Positions 10,412 to 20,776 of a DNA stretch of 64,000 nucleotides are shown piece by piece. The notes beneath the pieces were generated by a model. The model searched no databases and was not told the origin of the DNA. It saw nothing but the letters and a program-made list of their open reading frames with translations. Origin of the DNA: Planktothrix tepida (lineage in GTDB: Bacteria; Cyanobacteriota; Cyanobacteriia; Cyanobacteriales; Microcoleaceae). The stretch is taken from assembly GCF_904830955.1 (NCBI RefSeq), contig NZ_LR882970.1; one strand, 5' to 3'. The number at the start of each line of letters is the position of its first letter. Positions within the stretch are counted from its first letter, which is position 1. Made by a program: the position numbers and the translations under genes.

Positions 10412-10545
10412 TATATTTAATGTAAAATTTATTAAAGATATTAAACTTTTTATATGGAATTATATTTTGGTTCACTCCCACTGCATAAAAAGGGCGATCG
10501 CATTCAATCACCCCCTTCATTATACTAATCGATTGTCTAAAGCGA

Positions 10546-11964
<1,419 letters not shown>

Positions 11965-12072
11965 TTAATCGAATGTTAGTTAATCAAAATTAGACAAGAG
12001 TATCCATGACTTAAAATCCTGCGGATTCAAAGTCCAACCTCGATTAAGAATTAGGGAAACTAAACCAGGAAA

Positions 12073-13575
12073 TTATTTAAAATCTGACAGGGAAATTTCG
12101 TCATCATCTGAAGAACCGGTTAATCCGTCGATATCAATATCGTCCATATCTCCAGTTGTTAAATCACCCATATCGTCGAGATTAAAATCCCCTAAATCAT
12201 CGGATGAAAAATCATCATCCCCTAATCCTAAATCGTCTAAATTATCTCCGGTATCGAGATCCAGGCCATCGGAAGAGTTATCTTCCCCCAATCCTAAATC
12301 ACCCAGATCATCATCCAGACTTGAATCTGTATCTCCTAATTCCAACCCTCCTAAATCATCAGAACCAAGGTCGTCAGCTTCTAGGCTGATTTCTCCATCT
12401 AAGTCATCTGCGGCTAAAACTTCCGACTCTAAGCTGAGATCGTCCATTCCATCTGAACCCAGATCATCGGAGGATTCCAAACCAAAATCGATATCATCGC
12501 TTGTCTCCGTGTCTTCACCCAGTTCCGTATTAACGTTGTCGTCCCAGACATCAGATTCGGTATCAATGTCTAATTCAGCCGATTCCGTTTGCGAATCTAA
12601 GCTCAAATCGAAATCATCAGATGTCATCTCATCGGAGTCTAAACCCATGTCTAGGTCATCAGCACCCATCTCATCGGAATCTAAACCCATGTCTAGGTCA
12701 TCAGCACCCATCTCATCGGAATCTAAGCCCATGTCTAGGTCATCAGCACCCATCTCATCGGAATCTAAGCCCATGTCTAGGTCATCAGCACCCATCTCAT
12801 CGGAGTCTAAACCCATGTCCAGGTCATCAGCACCCATCTCATCGGAATCTAAGCCCATGTCTAGGTCATCAGCACCGACGGCTTCTGATTCATCCTCCAA
12901 CCCTAGATCAAAGTCTTCCTCGGCTACGCTAGCCGTCTCTGTGTCGATATCTAAATCCAGATCCCCATCGACATCAGTGTCCTCCATTGCCTCTGCATCC
13001 AGATCATCCATTCCGAAATCATCATCCATGCCGGAATCATCCAGGCCCATCTCATCGATGGTGATTTCTTCTTCGGTATCAAGCTCGAGTTCATCGGAGT
13101 CATCCAGGGTATCGGCAATCACCGCAGCCCCTCCAACAACAGCGGCAGCACTGGCAACGGCCACGGCAGCACCCGCTATATTGGGTTGTTCTACCAGAGT
13201 CACTTCCTCCTCTAAATTCAGTGTCTCTGGAGGGGCCGGAGGAACCGGAGTTGGCGTTGGAACAACTACCGTTGGAGATTCTCCTGGGGTAGGCCTAATG
13301 CCCAACGCTATATCGGGATCAAAATTCAGCCCTAAAACATCAATCAGTTTTTCAGGATCTGGATTGAGTTTAGAAAAGGGCAACATGAGTTGGGCTGCCT
13401 CTGGGTCAAGCGCGTTGATCGTTCCCAAAATGAGGGAGGAGGCGGGTCTTCGACCCCCATCGGGGGTCGGTATTGAATTCAAATCCATTTGCAGTACCAG
13501 CCACTCTCGATTGGCTTGGTAATATTGCAACCACTTATCTTTAAGCGCGGTGGTAAAGTCTTTGAAGAAAGCCAT
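12073..13575 (-). CDS. Conserved cyanobacterial ORF between chlL and chlN, with a hyper-acidic tandem-repeat C-terminal region (N-terminal domain recalled as DUF5331-like)
   Basis: N-terminus MAFFKDFTTALKDKWLQYYQANREWL, then a Pro-rich linker, then D/E/G/L/M-rich sequence including six perfect GADDLDMGLDSDEM repeats. The position between chlL and chlN is conserved in other filamentous cyanobacteria (recalled). Confidence 0.55.
   Translation of the reverse strand: MAFFKDFTTALKDKWLQYYQANREWLVLQMDLNSIPTPDGGRRPASSLILGTINALDPEAAQLMLPFSKLNPDPEKLIDVLGLNFDPDIALGIRPTPGESPTVVVPTPTPVPPAPPETLNLEEEVTLVEQPNIAGAAVAVASAAAVVGGAAVIADTLDDSDELELDTEEEITIDEMGLDDSGMDDDFGMDDLDAEAMEDTDVDGDLDLDIDTETASVAEEDFDLGLEDESEAVGADDLDMGLDSDEMGADDLDMGLDSDEMGADDLDMGLDSDEMGADDLDMGLDSDEMGADDLDMGLDSDEMGADDLDMGLDSDEMTSDDFDLSLDSQTESAELDIDTESDVWDDNVNTELGEDTETSDDIDFGLESSDDLGSDGMDDLSLESEVLAADDLDGEISLEADDLGSDDLGGLELGDTDSSLDDDLGDLGLGEDNSSDGLDLDTGDNLDDLGLGDDDFSSDDLGDFNLDDMGDLTTGDMDDIDIDGLTGSSDDDEISLSDFK
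12620..12895. repeat. Perfect 42-bp tandem repeat, ~6.5 copies, in frame within the acidic protein gene
   Basis: The unit CATCTCATCGGARTCTAARCCCATGTCTAGGTCATCAGCACC is repeated head-to-tail with only 1-2 variable positions. Confidence 0.9.
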
Positions 13576-13611
13576 AACCTCTATATCCTCATCCTGAGAT
13601 AGCTAGACATA

Positions 13612-14478
13612 TTAAACCATCATCAGGTCTAGCTCATCTTCCTGACTTTGAACAAGGGGTTGAGTCGGATTTAGATAAAAATCTGATAACAAGGTGAATA
13701 AATCCCGATCTGGCGCGTCTTGAGGAACTACTCCTTCGGGTTGTGACAGCAGTTGATCGGCAATATTCAGATAATAATCACAAACGTAGTTGAGGGATGG
13801 ATCACTTTCGGCCATCTCAAACAAGGTTTTTCCTTTAACGCGGGACACCCGAATGTCCTCGATTAAGGGTAATACCTCTAAAACAGGCATGGGAACGGAT
13901 TCAATATATTTTTCAATCAGATCCCTTTTGGAGGTGCGATTTCCGATTAATCCAGCTAATCGTAAAGGGTGAGTCCGGGATTTTTCGCGGACTGAGGCGG
14001 CGATGCGGTTGGCTGCAAATAGGGCATCAAAGCCATTATCGGTGACAATGACGCAATAGTCGGCATAGTTGAGGGGGGCAGCAAACCCACCACAAACCAC
14101 GTCCCCTAAAACGTCAAACAGAATCACATCGTATTCGTCAAAGGCGTTGAGTTCTTTGAGGAGTTTGACGGTTTCTCCCACAACGTAACCGCCACATCCT
14201 GCGCCTGCTGGAGGGCCACCTGCTTCTACGCAATCGACACCCCCATAGCCTTTATAAATCACGTCTTCTGGCCAAATATCTTCGTAATGAAAGTCTTTTT
14301 CTTGCAAGGTATCAATAATCGTGGGGATTAAAAATCCTGTGAGGGTAAAGGTGCTGTCGTGTTTGGGATCGCAGCCAATTTGCAGGACTTTTTTACCTCG
14401 TTTGGCTAAAGCGGCTGAGATATTACAGCTTGTGGTTGATTTACCAATTCCGCCTTTACCGTAGACTGCTAATTTCAC
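13612..14478 (-). CDS. chlL: Light-independent protochlorophyllide reductase iron-sulfur ATP-binding protein
   Basis: [25 protein letters not shown] Walker A and the NifH-like fold. The CGGF cysteine ligand motif is present. Confidence 0.95.
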   Translation of the reverse strand: MKLAVYGKGGIGKSTTSCNISAALAKRGKKVLQIGCDPKHDSTFTLTGFLIPTIIDTLQEKDFHYEDIWPEDVIYKGYGGVDCVEAGGPPAGAGCGGYVVGETVKLLKELNAFDEYDVILFDVLGDVVCGGFAAPLNYADYCVIVTDNGFDALFAANRIAASVREKSRTHPLRLAGLIGNRTSKRDLIEKYIESVPMPVLEVLPLIEDIRVSRVKGKTLFEMAESDPSLNYVCDYYLNIADQLLSQPEGVVPQDAPDRDLFTLLSDFYLNPTQPLVQSQEDELDLMMV

Positions 14479-15163
14479 GCTGGCTTCTCCTTAATCGGTT
14501 TTTATTAAAAACTGTTGACGGTTGACTGCTGGAGCAGTGGGTTTTCTGGTTCGATACAGCCATTATTGGCATAACTACCCCAGAAAATAAAGGGGCAAGT
14601 TTAATGGATTGGGCTATAAACTCAAGCTTTCTAGTTTATTAAAGATTTATTTTAATTTAATCAACCCAGAATCAGCTTCAAGCTTTCTTTTAAAAAAAAT
14701 TATTATTTTATATAACAATTTTTATAAAAATGGTTACAATAAGCAAAAAAATAAAATAGAAGTGTCTGCAACGGTAAAAAAGTTACCCCCACTGATCACC
14801 CCAGATCAAAGAGAGTTAGGAGTCTTGACCAAGGGTTTCCCTGGGTAAAATTTTGATGAATATTAAATCTTTCCGGTGTAATTGAGGAATTTTTTCAAAA
14901 AAACACTAAGCAATTGTACGGATTATTTTCAGGAAAAACCTTTAAAAATCTCAGGATCAAAATCAAAGGAGTTAAATGTTAATTTTTGCAAAATTCTCTG
15001 AATCACACTGGAAAGTAGAAAGTGAAAAGTGGAACGGGTGTCCCGCCCGTCAAAAGTCTTCAAAAGTCAAAAGTTTCAGGAAAACAGGCAAGATGCCTGT
15101 TCCACGAGATGAGCGATCGCCAATCAGTTAAAATTAAAATCAAGACTGATAATGCTGATAGCC

Positions 15164-15385
15164 ATGAAGATTTTACAAGACTATACGATTGTTACCCGTC
15201 CTGATGATAACGGAACGTTTGTTGCTTATGTTCCAGCAATTTTGGGTTGTCATGCTTGGGGAAAAAGCTCACAAGAAGCTTTATCTGAATTAGTTTATGT
15301 TTTTGAAATGATTCAGGAAGAATATCAAGACAAAGGAGAGACATTACCGGAAGATGTTGAGTTGGTGGTTGCTAATGCCAGCTAA
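15164..15385 (+). CDS. hicB: HicB-family antitoxin
   Basis: YTIVTRPDDNGTFVAYVPAILGCHAWGKSSQEALSELVYVFEMIQE matches the HicB/UPF0150 pattern (xYxVxxExDGGYVAxVPxLPGCxxxG). It overlaps the hicA start. Confidence 0.7.
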   Translation: MKILQDYTIVTRPDDNGTFVAYVPAILGCHAWGKSSQEALSELVYVFEMIQEEYQDKGETLPEDVELVVANAS

Positions 15386-15590
15386 AGTTAAAGAGTTAGA
15401 AAAAGTTGCCCGAATATTAGGGTTTGAAAAAGTTAGACAGAAAGGAAGTCATGCTCGTTGGCAACATCCAGATGGACGAGCAACAACAATCCCGATTCAT
15501 GGGAATGCTGAAATAGGTGGTTGGCTGTTGTCCCAAATTTTGAAGCAAATGGGAATTACTGAAACAGAATTTAATCAATTTAGAAAGTAG
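15375..15590 (+). CDS. hicA: HicA-family toxin (mRNA interferase)
   Basis: KVKELEKVARILGFEKVRQKGSHARWQHPDGRATTIPIHGNAEIGGWLLSQILKQMGI is the HicA/YcfA signature. The ATG at 15375 is preferred over the track start 15354. Confidence 0.72.
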   Translation: MPAKVKELEKVARILGFEKVRQKGSHARWQHPDGRATTIPIHGNAEIGGWLLSQILKQMGITETEFNQFRK

Positions 15591-15614
15591 CTTAATCATC
15601 TGATAACTAAGTTA

Positions 15615-15639
15615 GGGCGGGAAAACCCCGCCCCTACTG
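15615..15639. repeat. GGGCGGG-N5-CCCGCCCCTAC hairpin element, copy 1
   Basis: Perfect 7-bp GC stem with a 5-nt loop followed by CTAC. It sits between the convergent hicA and ShlB-family genes. The same element occurs at 44849-44871. Confidence 0.6.
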
Positions 15640-15642
15640 GGA

Positions 15643-17469
15643 TTAAGGGGTATAAGTAACACCAAAATAAATTCCATCATCTTGAATATTATTGCCTCGA
15701 TCATCGATACCAATGAGGGGAAGACCATAATCAAGGCGGAGATTTAACCCGGAAACTGGTTGCCAAATTACGCCTAATCCTGCACCTGCTAAAAAGGTTT
15801 TACCAATAATCCGGTTGGGATTTCTGTCATTGTTCCAAACCCCACCAAAATCAATAAAGGGCGCTAGTTGAAATACAGGTTCAGAGTCTTGATTTCGATC
15901 TAGGGTAATTCGATCTTCGAGGGAAATCCGAAAGCCATTATCTCCAGCCCGGACGTTTTGACGATATCCTCTTAAAGATAAAGCTCCTCCAATCACAAAT
16001 TGCTGGGAAGGAAATAACGGATCAGCCGATAGTTGAATATCGCCTTGAGCAATTAATAAATTATCTTCCCCTAGTCGTTGTACCCGTTGGACTTGACCTA
16101 ACCAACTCAAAAAGGAAGCATTGGGTGTGCCGACATCCGTAGCGCCGAGAATATCTAAACCCAGGTTAAATTGCGATCGCAAAGCCCAAGCCCCTTCCGT
16201 ATCTCGAATCACATAATCTTGTCCAAACTTCAAAACACTGGTGCGCGTATACCCATTACTATCTGGCCCGGATGCAAAAGGTTCTCCGTTATTATCTAAA
16301 AGGGTTTGACTATCTTGATACGCAAAGCCAAAAGATAAAGCTAATTCAGCGATGGGGTTACGGATAATTGGCTGACGATAACTGATTTCATAGCGTTGAG
16401 ATTTTCCTTCAATATTCAACGCATCAAAGGGATCTTGAATAATGCGGTTTTGGTAAGGTTGGACTCGCAATTGTATAGTTCCGTTCATGGGGTTGATGGG
16501 AATGCTATACAAGGCGTCGATAATATCCGATTCACCATCCGCAATTAAACGAGTCGTATTGTAGGATAGTCCCAGAAAGTCTCCCCGACCTGTTAGGTTA
16601 AGATGACGCACACTAATTCCCATGCGTTCAGAACCGATGCTTGGGGGGGAATAGTTATCAATATTGAGACTCACCCCGAAAGGCGGTGCTTCTACCACTC
16701 GAACAATCAGAATACTTTGGCCTTCTTGGGTTCCCGCCCTTAAACTAGCTTCTACACTTTCAAATAAGGGATTAATGCGTAACAGTCGCAATTGATCTTC
16801 TAAGGAGGCCGTACTCAGGGGTTTTTCCGCGCCTAAACGAATGCGACTGGTGATATAGGACGGATGGAGGCGTTTGATTCCTTCAACTTCAATATTTTCT
16901 AAAGTTCCTTCAATGACCTGAATCTCGACAATGCCATTGTTAATCGTTTGTTCAGGAACAATTGCCCTAGAGGTAATGTAACCTCGTTCTAAATAAATCG
17001 CTGTAATTTTATCGGCGAGTTCCCGTAGTTCCGTCAGAGTCACAGAACGATTTTCTAGGGGGGTAACTAAGGTTTGAAGTTCCTCTGAAGTGAGAATTGT
17101 GCTACCTGTAACGTTAATTTTTTGAACGGGAATGGGGGTTTCATCTGTGGGTGGGTTCGGCGTTGGGCTAGGAGTGGGAGTGGGTTGTAACTCTGGGTTA
17201 TTGGGGGGTTCCGGTTTAGGCGGAATAGGAGGTCGTGGTAAAAATCGATCTTTGTTGGGATCGGGTTGGGGAACTTGGGGCGGAATATTAATTGATCCGC
17301 CTTGGGCCAAAGTCGGACAATTTTGGCGATCGCACAACTCCCCAGTCGCAGCAAAGGAACGAGTTTGAGAAAGACCTTGACGAGAAAATAGGGATAAAAC
17401 CAGCAATAGGGTACTGGTTAAAATCACTCCACACTGACGAAAATGAATCAGATTTTCACTCCTACCCAT
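15643..17469 (-). CDS. ShlB/FhaC/HecB-family two-partner-secretion transporter (TpsB, POTRA + 16-strand barrel)
   Basis: Signal peptide and Pro-rich linker, then the POTRA block INVTGSTILTSEELQTLVTPLENRSVTLTELRELADKITAIYLERGYITSRAIVPEQTINNGIVEIQVIEGTLENIEV, then a C-terminal beta-barrel ending in F/Y-x-F-like residues. Confidence 0.8.
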   Translation of the reverse strand: MGRSENLIHFRQCGVILTSTLLLVLSLFSRQGLSQTRSFAATGELCDRQNCPTLAQGGSINIPPQVPQPDPNKDRFLPRPPIPPKPEPPNNPELQPTPTPSPTPNPPTDETPIPVQKINVTGSTILTSEELQTLVTPLENRSVTLTELRELADKITAIYLERGYITSRAIVPEQTINNGIVEIQVIEGTLENIEVEGIKRLHPSYITSRIRLGAEKPLSTASLEDQLRLLRINPLFESVEASLRAGTQEGQSILIVRVVEAPPFGVSLNIDNYSPPSIGSERMGISVRHLNLTGRGDFLGLSYNTTRLIADGESDIIDALYSIPINPMNGTIQLRVQPYQNRIIQDPFDALNIEGKSQRYEISYRQPIIRNPIAELALSFGFAYQDSQTLLDNNGEPFASGPDSNGYTRTSVLKFGQDYVIRDTEGAWALRSQFNLGLDILGATDVGTPNASFLSWLGQVQRVQRLGEDNLLIAQGDIQLSADPLFPSQQFVIGGALSLRGYRQNVRAGDNGFRISLEDRITLDRNQDSEPVFQLAPFIDFGGVWNNDRNPNRIIGKTFLAGAGLGVIWQPVSGLNLRLDYGLPLIGIDDRGNNIQDDGIYFGVTYTP

Positions 17470-17681
17470 AAAATGCCTACTTTTGGTGAACGATGGGGTT
17501 GGTGGCTAACTAGGTTAAGTTTAGTTTAGATTAGAAAACAGGCAACAGTGAATAGGAGCGGAATTGAATACGGTCGAGATTAATGCAGACAACCCCCAAA
17601 AAATCGGGTTTCTGAAAAAAATATCTTGATTTTTCTCTCTAAAATTAGAGTCAAAAACTCGGTTTTTAGAGAGGGACTGAA

Positions 17682-18575
17682 TTAATTGATTTGAATTTTT
17701 AAAATAGGCGCATCAAGAATTGTCTGAGCTTTATTTTTTTCATTTTGAGTTTCTTTTAAAGCCGGATCAAAACCAATAGATTGTAAGAGTTGATTCCATT
17801 GATTTTTAATCGCTACATCTCTGGATTGTTCTAATCGTAAGCTGGCTAAAGTTGCAATTGTTTCATACCAAAGTCCCTGTTGAACATAGAGTTTAAGCTT
17901 TTCTAAGGGATCTTGAGTTTGCTCTAATTGACGTTTTTGATCATTCGTTAAAGTGGCTAAATTAATCCATCCACTTACAAGAATATCTTTTGAAGAATCA
18001 CTGACATCACATTTAATAGTCAGATACCAGCGATAATTTTTATCGTCTTCTAAAGTAATAAATTTAGAGTTAGGAGACCATTGAATTCCCACAATTCCAG
18101 GGCGATCAATATTGAGGGTAAAGGTGGTTTTATATAGGGTTTTATCGATTTCATCGGTAATTTCAAATTCAGTTACCTTTTGATCGAGTGTCCCTGGAAT
18201 ATAAAGAAAAAAGGCAGGTTGTTTTGACGCTGTGCGCCCCATTGTAGACTCTGGGATTAAGGCAGTCACTGGACTGGGACAATCTCCACCCCGAGTTCCG
18301 CCCCCTTCCCGACGCCCCGGTACACCCCGTTGAGGTGGGGTAAAGGCATTCCAATTCGTAAAGGGTGAATGACCCGTGGGCGAGGAGGGTTCAGAGTTCT
18401 GAGCCTTGTCCCCCTGTCTAGGAGTGATTCCCTGCTGTTCATCTCCCCCAAGAGGAGGTAAAGATGCTGAATGGGCGATGGGTACAATTAAACTATTGCC
18501 CAAAATGATTTGCAACAGTAACGTTAGTCCAAGTGTTGCACGGTGGAGGAAAAACATTGGCCTAGCCATAATCAA
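17682..18575 (-). CDS. Secreted protein, DUF928-like (family often paired with ShlB/FhaC genes in cyanobacteria)
   Basis: Signal peptide, a G/P/R-rich segment, then a conserved C-terminal ~180 aa (FFLYIPGT...YRWYLTIKCD...GWINL). The family assignment is from memory of the gene-neighbourhood pattern, not an alignment. Confidence 0.4.
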   Translation of the reverse strand: MIMARPMFFLHRATLGLTLLLQIILGNSLIVPIAHSASLPPLGGDEQQGITPRQGDKAQNSEPSSPTGHSPFTNWNAFTPPQRGVPGRREGGGTRGGDCPSPVTALIPESTMGRTASKQPAFFLYIPGTLDQKVTEFEITDEIDKTLYKTTFTLNIDRPGIVGIQWSPNSKFITLEDDKNYRWYLTIKCDVSDSSKDILVSGWINLATLTNDQKRQLEQTQDPLEKLKLYVQQGLWYETIATLASLRLEQSRDVAIKNQWNQLLQSIGFDPALKETQNEKNKAQTILDAPILKIQIN

Positions 18576-18772
18576 TGAAGCTCACCGATTAGCAGAGTAG
18601 CATTTCTTGACAGAACTATTGTATCCAATGTTCCTGCGAAAGTTGTCAAAATCTGTGCTTAATCTTAAATGTTTGAGGCGAAATCGGATTTGAGGAAACG
18701 GTTGGTTTTGTTTCCGATGGTTAATCTGAAGTTTGACCTCATACACGCACTAAAGATCGTTATTTTATCACC

Positions 18773-20476
18773 ATGACAATTTCTATGAATCTTAACTCAC
18801 CAACTTTGGGGCAAAATACGGGTTTTAAACCCCGGACAATTCGACCGATGGGGGTTTCTGCTTTATATGGGTTAATTGGGGTAGGAAATTCCTTATTTGC
18901 CGTTGATACCTTACGCGGATTTTTACTTAAAATTGACCCCAAAACCGATAATGCAACGGTGGTTAATCCTGATTTAACGTTAGCATTTAGAGATGTTACA
19001 GGGTTAGCGGTCTGGGAAAATACCCTTTGGTTTACTCGCGGTCGAGAAGTTTATTATTGTCCCCAAGTGATTGCAGGGAATTCTATTGTTAATCTTGAGC
19101 CTCTATTGTTTCTGGAATTACCTTATGCTGTCACCGGAATTGCGGTTTGGGAATCTACCCTTTATTTAGCTTGTGATCGACTGGCTTCTATCTTAGTTTA
19201 TAGTCGCAATACCCGACAGGAAATTACGCGCTTCCATTCCCCAGGAATTGGAGTAGAAAATCTCACGATTAAAAATGAGGAATTATGGGTTTGTGATCGA
19301 GAAGAACAAACGGTATATTGTTTAGAACGGGGAACGGGAGAAACGCGATTTAGTGTGTTAACACCGTTTGAATCTCCCACGGGATTAACCTTTTATACTG
19401 ATCCTGAAACGGGTGAGGAAGTTCTTTATGTTGCCTATGCTGGGGATGAGCTTTATATTCGAGATAATCCCAGTTCCTATGAACAATTTCAATTAGCAAA
19501 ACGCGATCGCACGTTTATCCATCCTCTCTATTTTCATTATAACGAATCCGAGCATTATGCTACATCTAATGGCTATTTGATCGAAATGTCTTATGTAGAA
19601 GAGTTAGAACCGTTAGATGCCGTTTACATTGAAGATTTAGAATGGCGAATTGCTTTACCGTCTAATACGAAACGGCAAAAAGTTGTGGAAGTGTCTTATA
19701 TTGGGATTCCCTTTAGGGAAGAAATTGAAGAGGGGGAAAAAGTCGCGGTTTTCAGATTTAATCCGTTAACTTCAACAGAACGTTTAATTTTTGGTTGGAA
19801 AGCGTTGTTAGAAGTTAGAAGTATTAAATATCAAATTAATCCTCGTCAGGTGGAAAATATTCCTCGTTTGTCACCGGATTTTCCCCAAAAATATTTAGTT
19901 GATGATGATCATTTAGCCATGAATACGGCTATTGTTCAAGAAGCCGCCCAAGCTGCGATTCGCAATGAAACTAATTTTTTACGGCAACTTTTAAGTATTC
20001 GCAATTATGTTTATGATCAGTTATCCTATAGTCTGACTTCTAAGATTGAAAATCCTGATGTGGTTTTGAAGCGAGGGATTGGTTCCTGTGGGGAATATGT
20101 AGGAGTTTTATTAGCTTTAGCCCGATTAAATGGCATTGCTTGCCGCACCATTGGACGGTATAAATGTCCGCAGTTTGCTGACCGTCGAGGGGTTTCTTTA
20201 GAACCTGAATATAATCATGTTTGGTTGGAATTTTATATTCCGGGTTTCGGTTGGGTTCCCATGGAATCTAACCCGGATGATATTCAAGAAGGGGGGCCCT
20301 ATCCGTTGCGGTTTTTTATGGGTTTAGCTTGGTATCATATTGAAATTGGCAAAGGAATCCGCTTTCAACGATTAACCAATCAAGGGGTTGATGTTGACCG
20401 AGAAAAAGTCTCTGTGGGTACTTTAGCAATTAATCATGTTCGGTTTACTATTTTAGATGAGTTACCTGCGGTTTAA
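18773..20476 (+). CDS. Transglutaminase-like (cysteine protease fold) domain protein with an N-terminal beta-rich domain
   Basis: C-terminal core GIGSCGEYVGVLLALARLNGIACRTIGRY...EYNHVWLEFYIPGFGWVPMESNPDD gives the Cys-His-Asp transglutaminase-like triad context. Confidence 0.72.
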   Translation: MTISMNLNSPTLGQNTGFKPRTIRPMGVSALYGLIGVGNSLFAVDTLRGFLLKIDPKTDNATVVNPDLTLAFRDVTGLAVWENTLWFTRGREVYYCPQVIAGNSIVNLEPLLFLELPYAVTGIAVWESTLYLACDRLASILVYSRNTRQEITRFHSPGIGVENLTIKNEELWVCDREEQTVYCLERGTGETRFSVLTPFESPTGLTFYTDPETGEEVLYVAYAGDELYIRDNPSSYEQFQLAKRDRTFIHPLYFHYNESEHYATSNGYLIEMSYVEELEPLDAVYIEDLEWRIALPSNTKRQKVVEVSYIGIPFREEIEEGEKVAVFRFNPLTSTERLIFGWKALLEVRSIKYQINPRQVENIPRLSPDFPQKYLVDDDHLAMNTAIVQEAAQAAIRNETNFLRQLLSIRNYVYDQLSYSLTSKIENPDVVLKRGIGSCGEYVGVLLALARLNGIACRTIGRYKCPQFADRRGVSLEPEYNHVWLEFYIPGFGWVPMESNPDDIQEGGPYPLRFFMGLAWYHIEIGKGIRFQRLTNQGVDVDREKVSVGTLAINHVRFTILDELPAV

Positions 20477-20587
20477 ACAGTACAAACTCGGTTTCTCGGT
20501 TGTAGAAGGGGTGATGATCAATGAATTGATGTCATCTCTCCTACCTTTTCAATTAAAATGGATAAAAACTGCTTTTTGAATTGACCT

Positions 20588-20737
20588 ATGGAAGTTTTAC
20601 AACAGTTGACAATTGTTGATATTTTGGTATTGGTTGCTTTCTCTCTGCTGATTATTTTTACGGGGGGTGTAATTTATTTAACTCTCGCAGAATGGCGCGA
20701 TCGCAGACGCAGAGAAGAAGAAAAACGTCTACGGTAA
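20588..20737 (+). CDS. Candidate 49-aa single-pass membrane protein, below the ORF-track length cutoff
   Basis: MEVLQQLTIVDILVLVAFSLLIIFTGGVIYLTLAEWRDRRRREEEKRLR: one hydrophobic helix followed by a basic tail. This architecture is typical of small photosynthetic or respiratory complex subunits, but no specific identity was established. Confidence 0.3.
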   Translation: MEVLQQLTIVDILVLVAFSLLIIFTGGVIYLTLAEWRDRRRREEEKRLR

Positions 20738-20749
20738 GTCAGTTATCAG

Positions 20750-20776
20750 TAGAGACGTGCCATGGCACGTCTGTAC
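20750..20776. repeat. 27-bp palindromic element TAGAGACGTGCCATGGCACGTCTGTAC flanked by CAGTTATCAG direct repeats
   Basis: Central perfect 18-bp palindrome GACGTGCCATGGCACGTC. CAGTTATCAG sits at 20740-20749 and 20777-20786. The same 28-mer occurs twice inside the tnpB element at 60002-60029 and 60430-60457. Confidence 0.7.

Noticed and set aside
12620-12895. Possible CRISPR array (regular 42-bp repeats)
   Set aside because: The repeats are directly contiguous with no spacers and lie in-frame inside a coding sequence. No cas genes are nearby.
12509-13522. Long plus-strand ORFs (337 aa and 103 aa at 12621-12932) rich in Ser/Pro/His, antisense to the acidic repeat gene
   Set aside because: These frames stay open only because of the 42-bp repeats and low-complexity sequence on the opposite strand. 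The minus-strand gene has a conserved N-terminal domain and conserved operon position.
14609-14848. 79-aa ORF in the AT-rich tract upstream of chlL
   Set aside because: Extremely AT-rich low-complexity (K/N/I/Y-rich) sequence with no RBS. It is more likely promoter or spacer DNA or a relic of horizontally acquired sequence.
15022-15204. 60-aa ORF upstream of hicB
   Set aside because: No recognisable features, and it overlaps the hicB start region. It is probably non-coding leader.
17067-17368. Two small ORFs (95 aa minus strand, 78 aa plus strand) inside the ShlB/FhaC gene
   Set aside because: They are embedded in or antisense to a well-supported 608-aa CDS. The Gly-rich plus-strand frame is the antisense of the Pro-rich linker.
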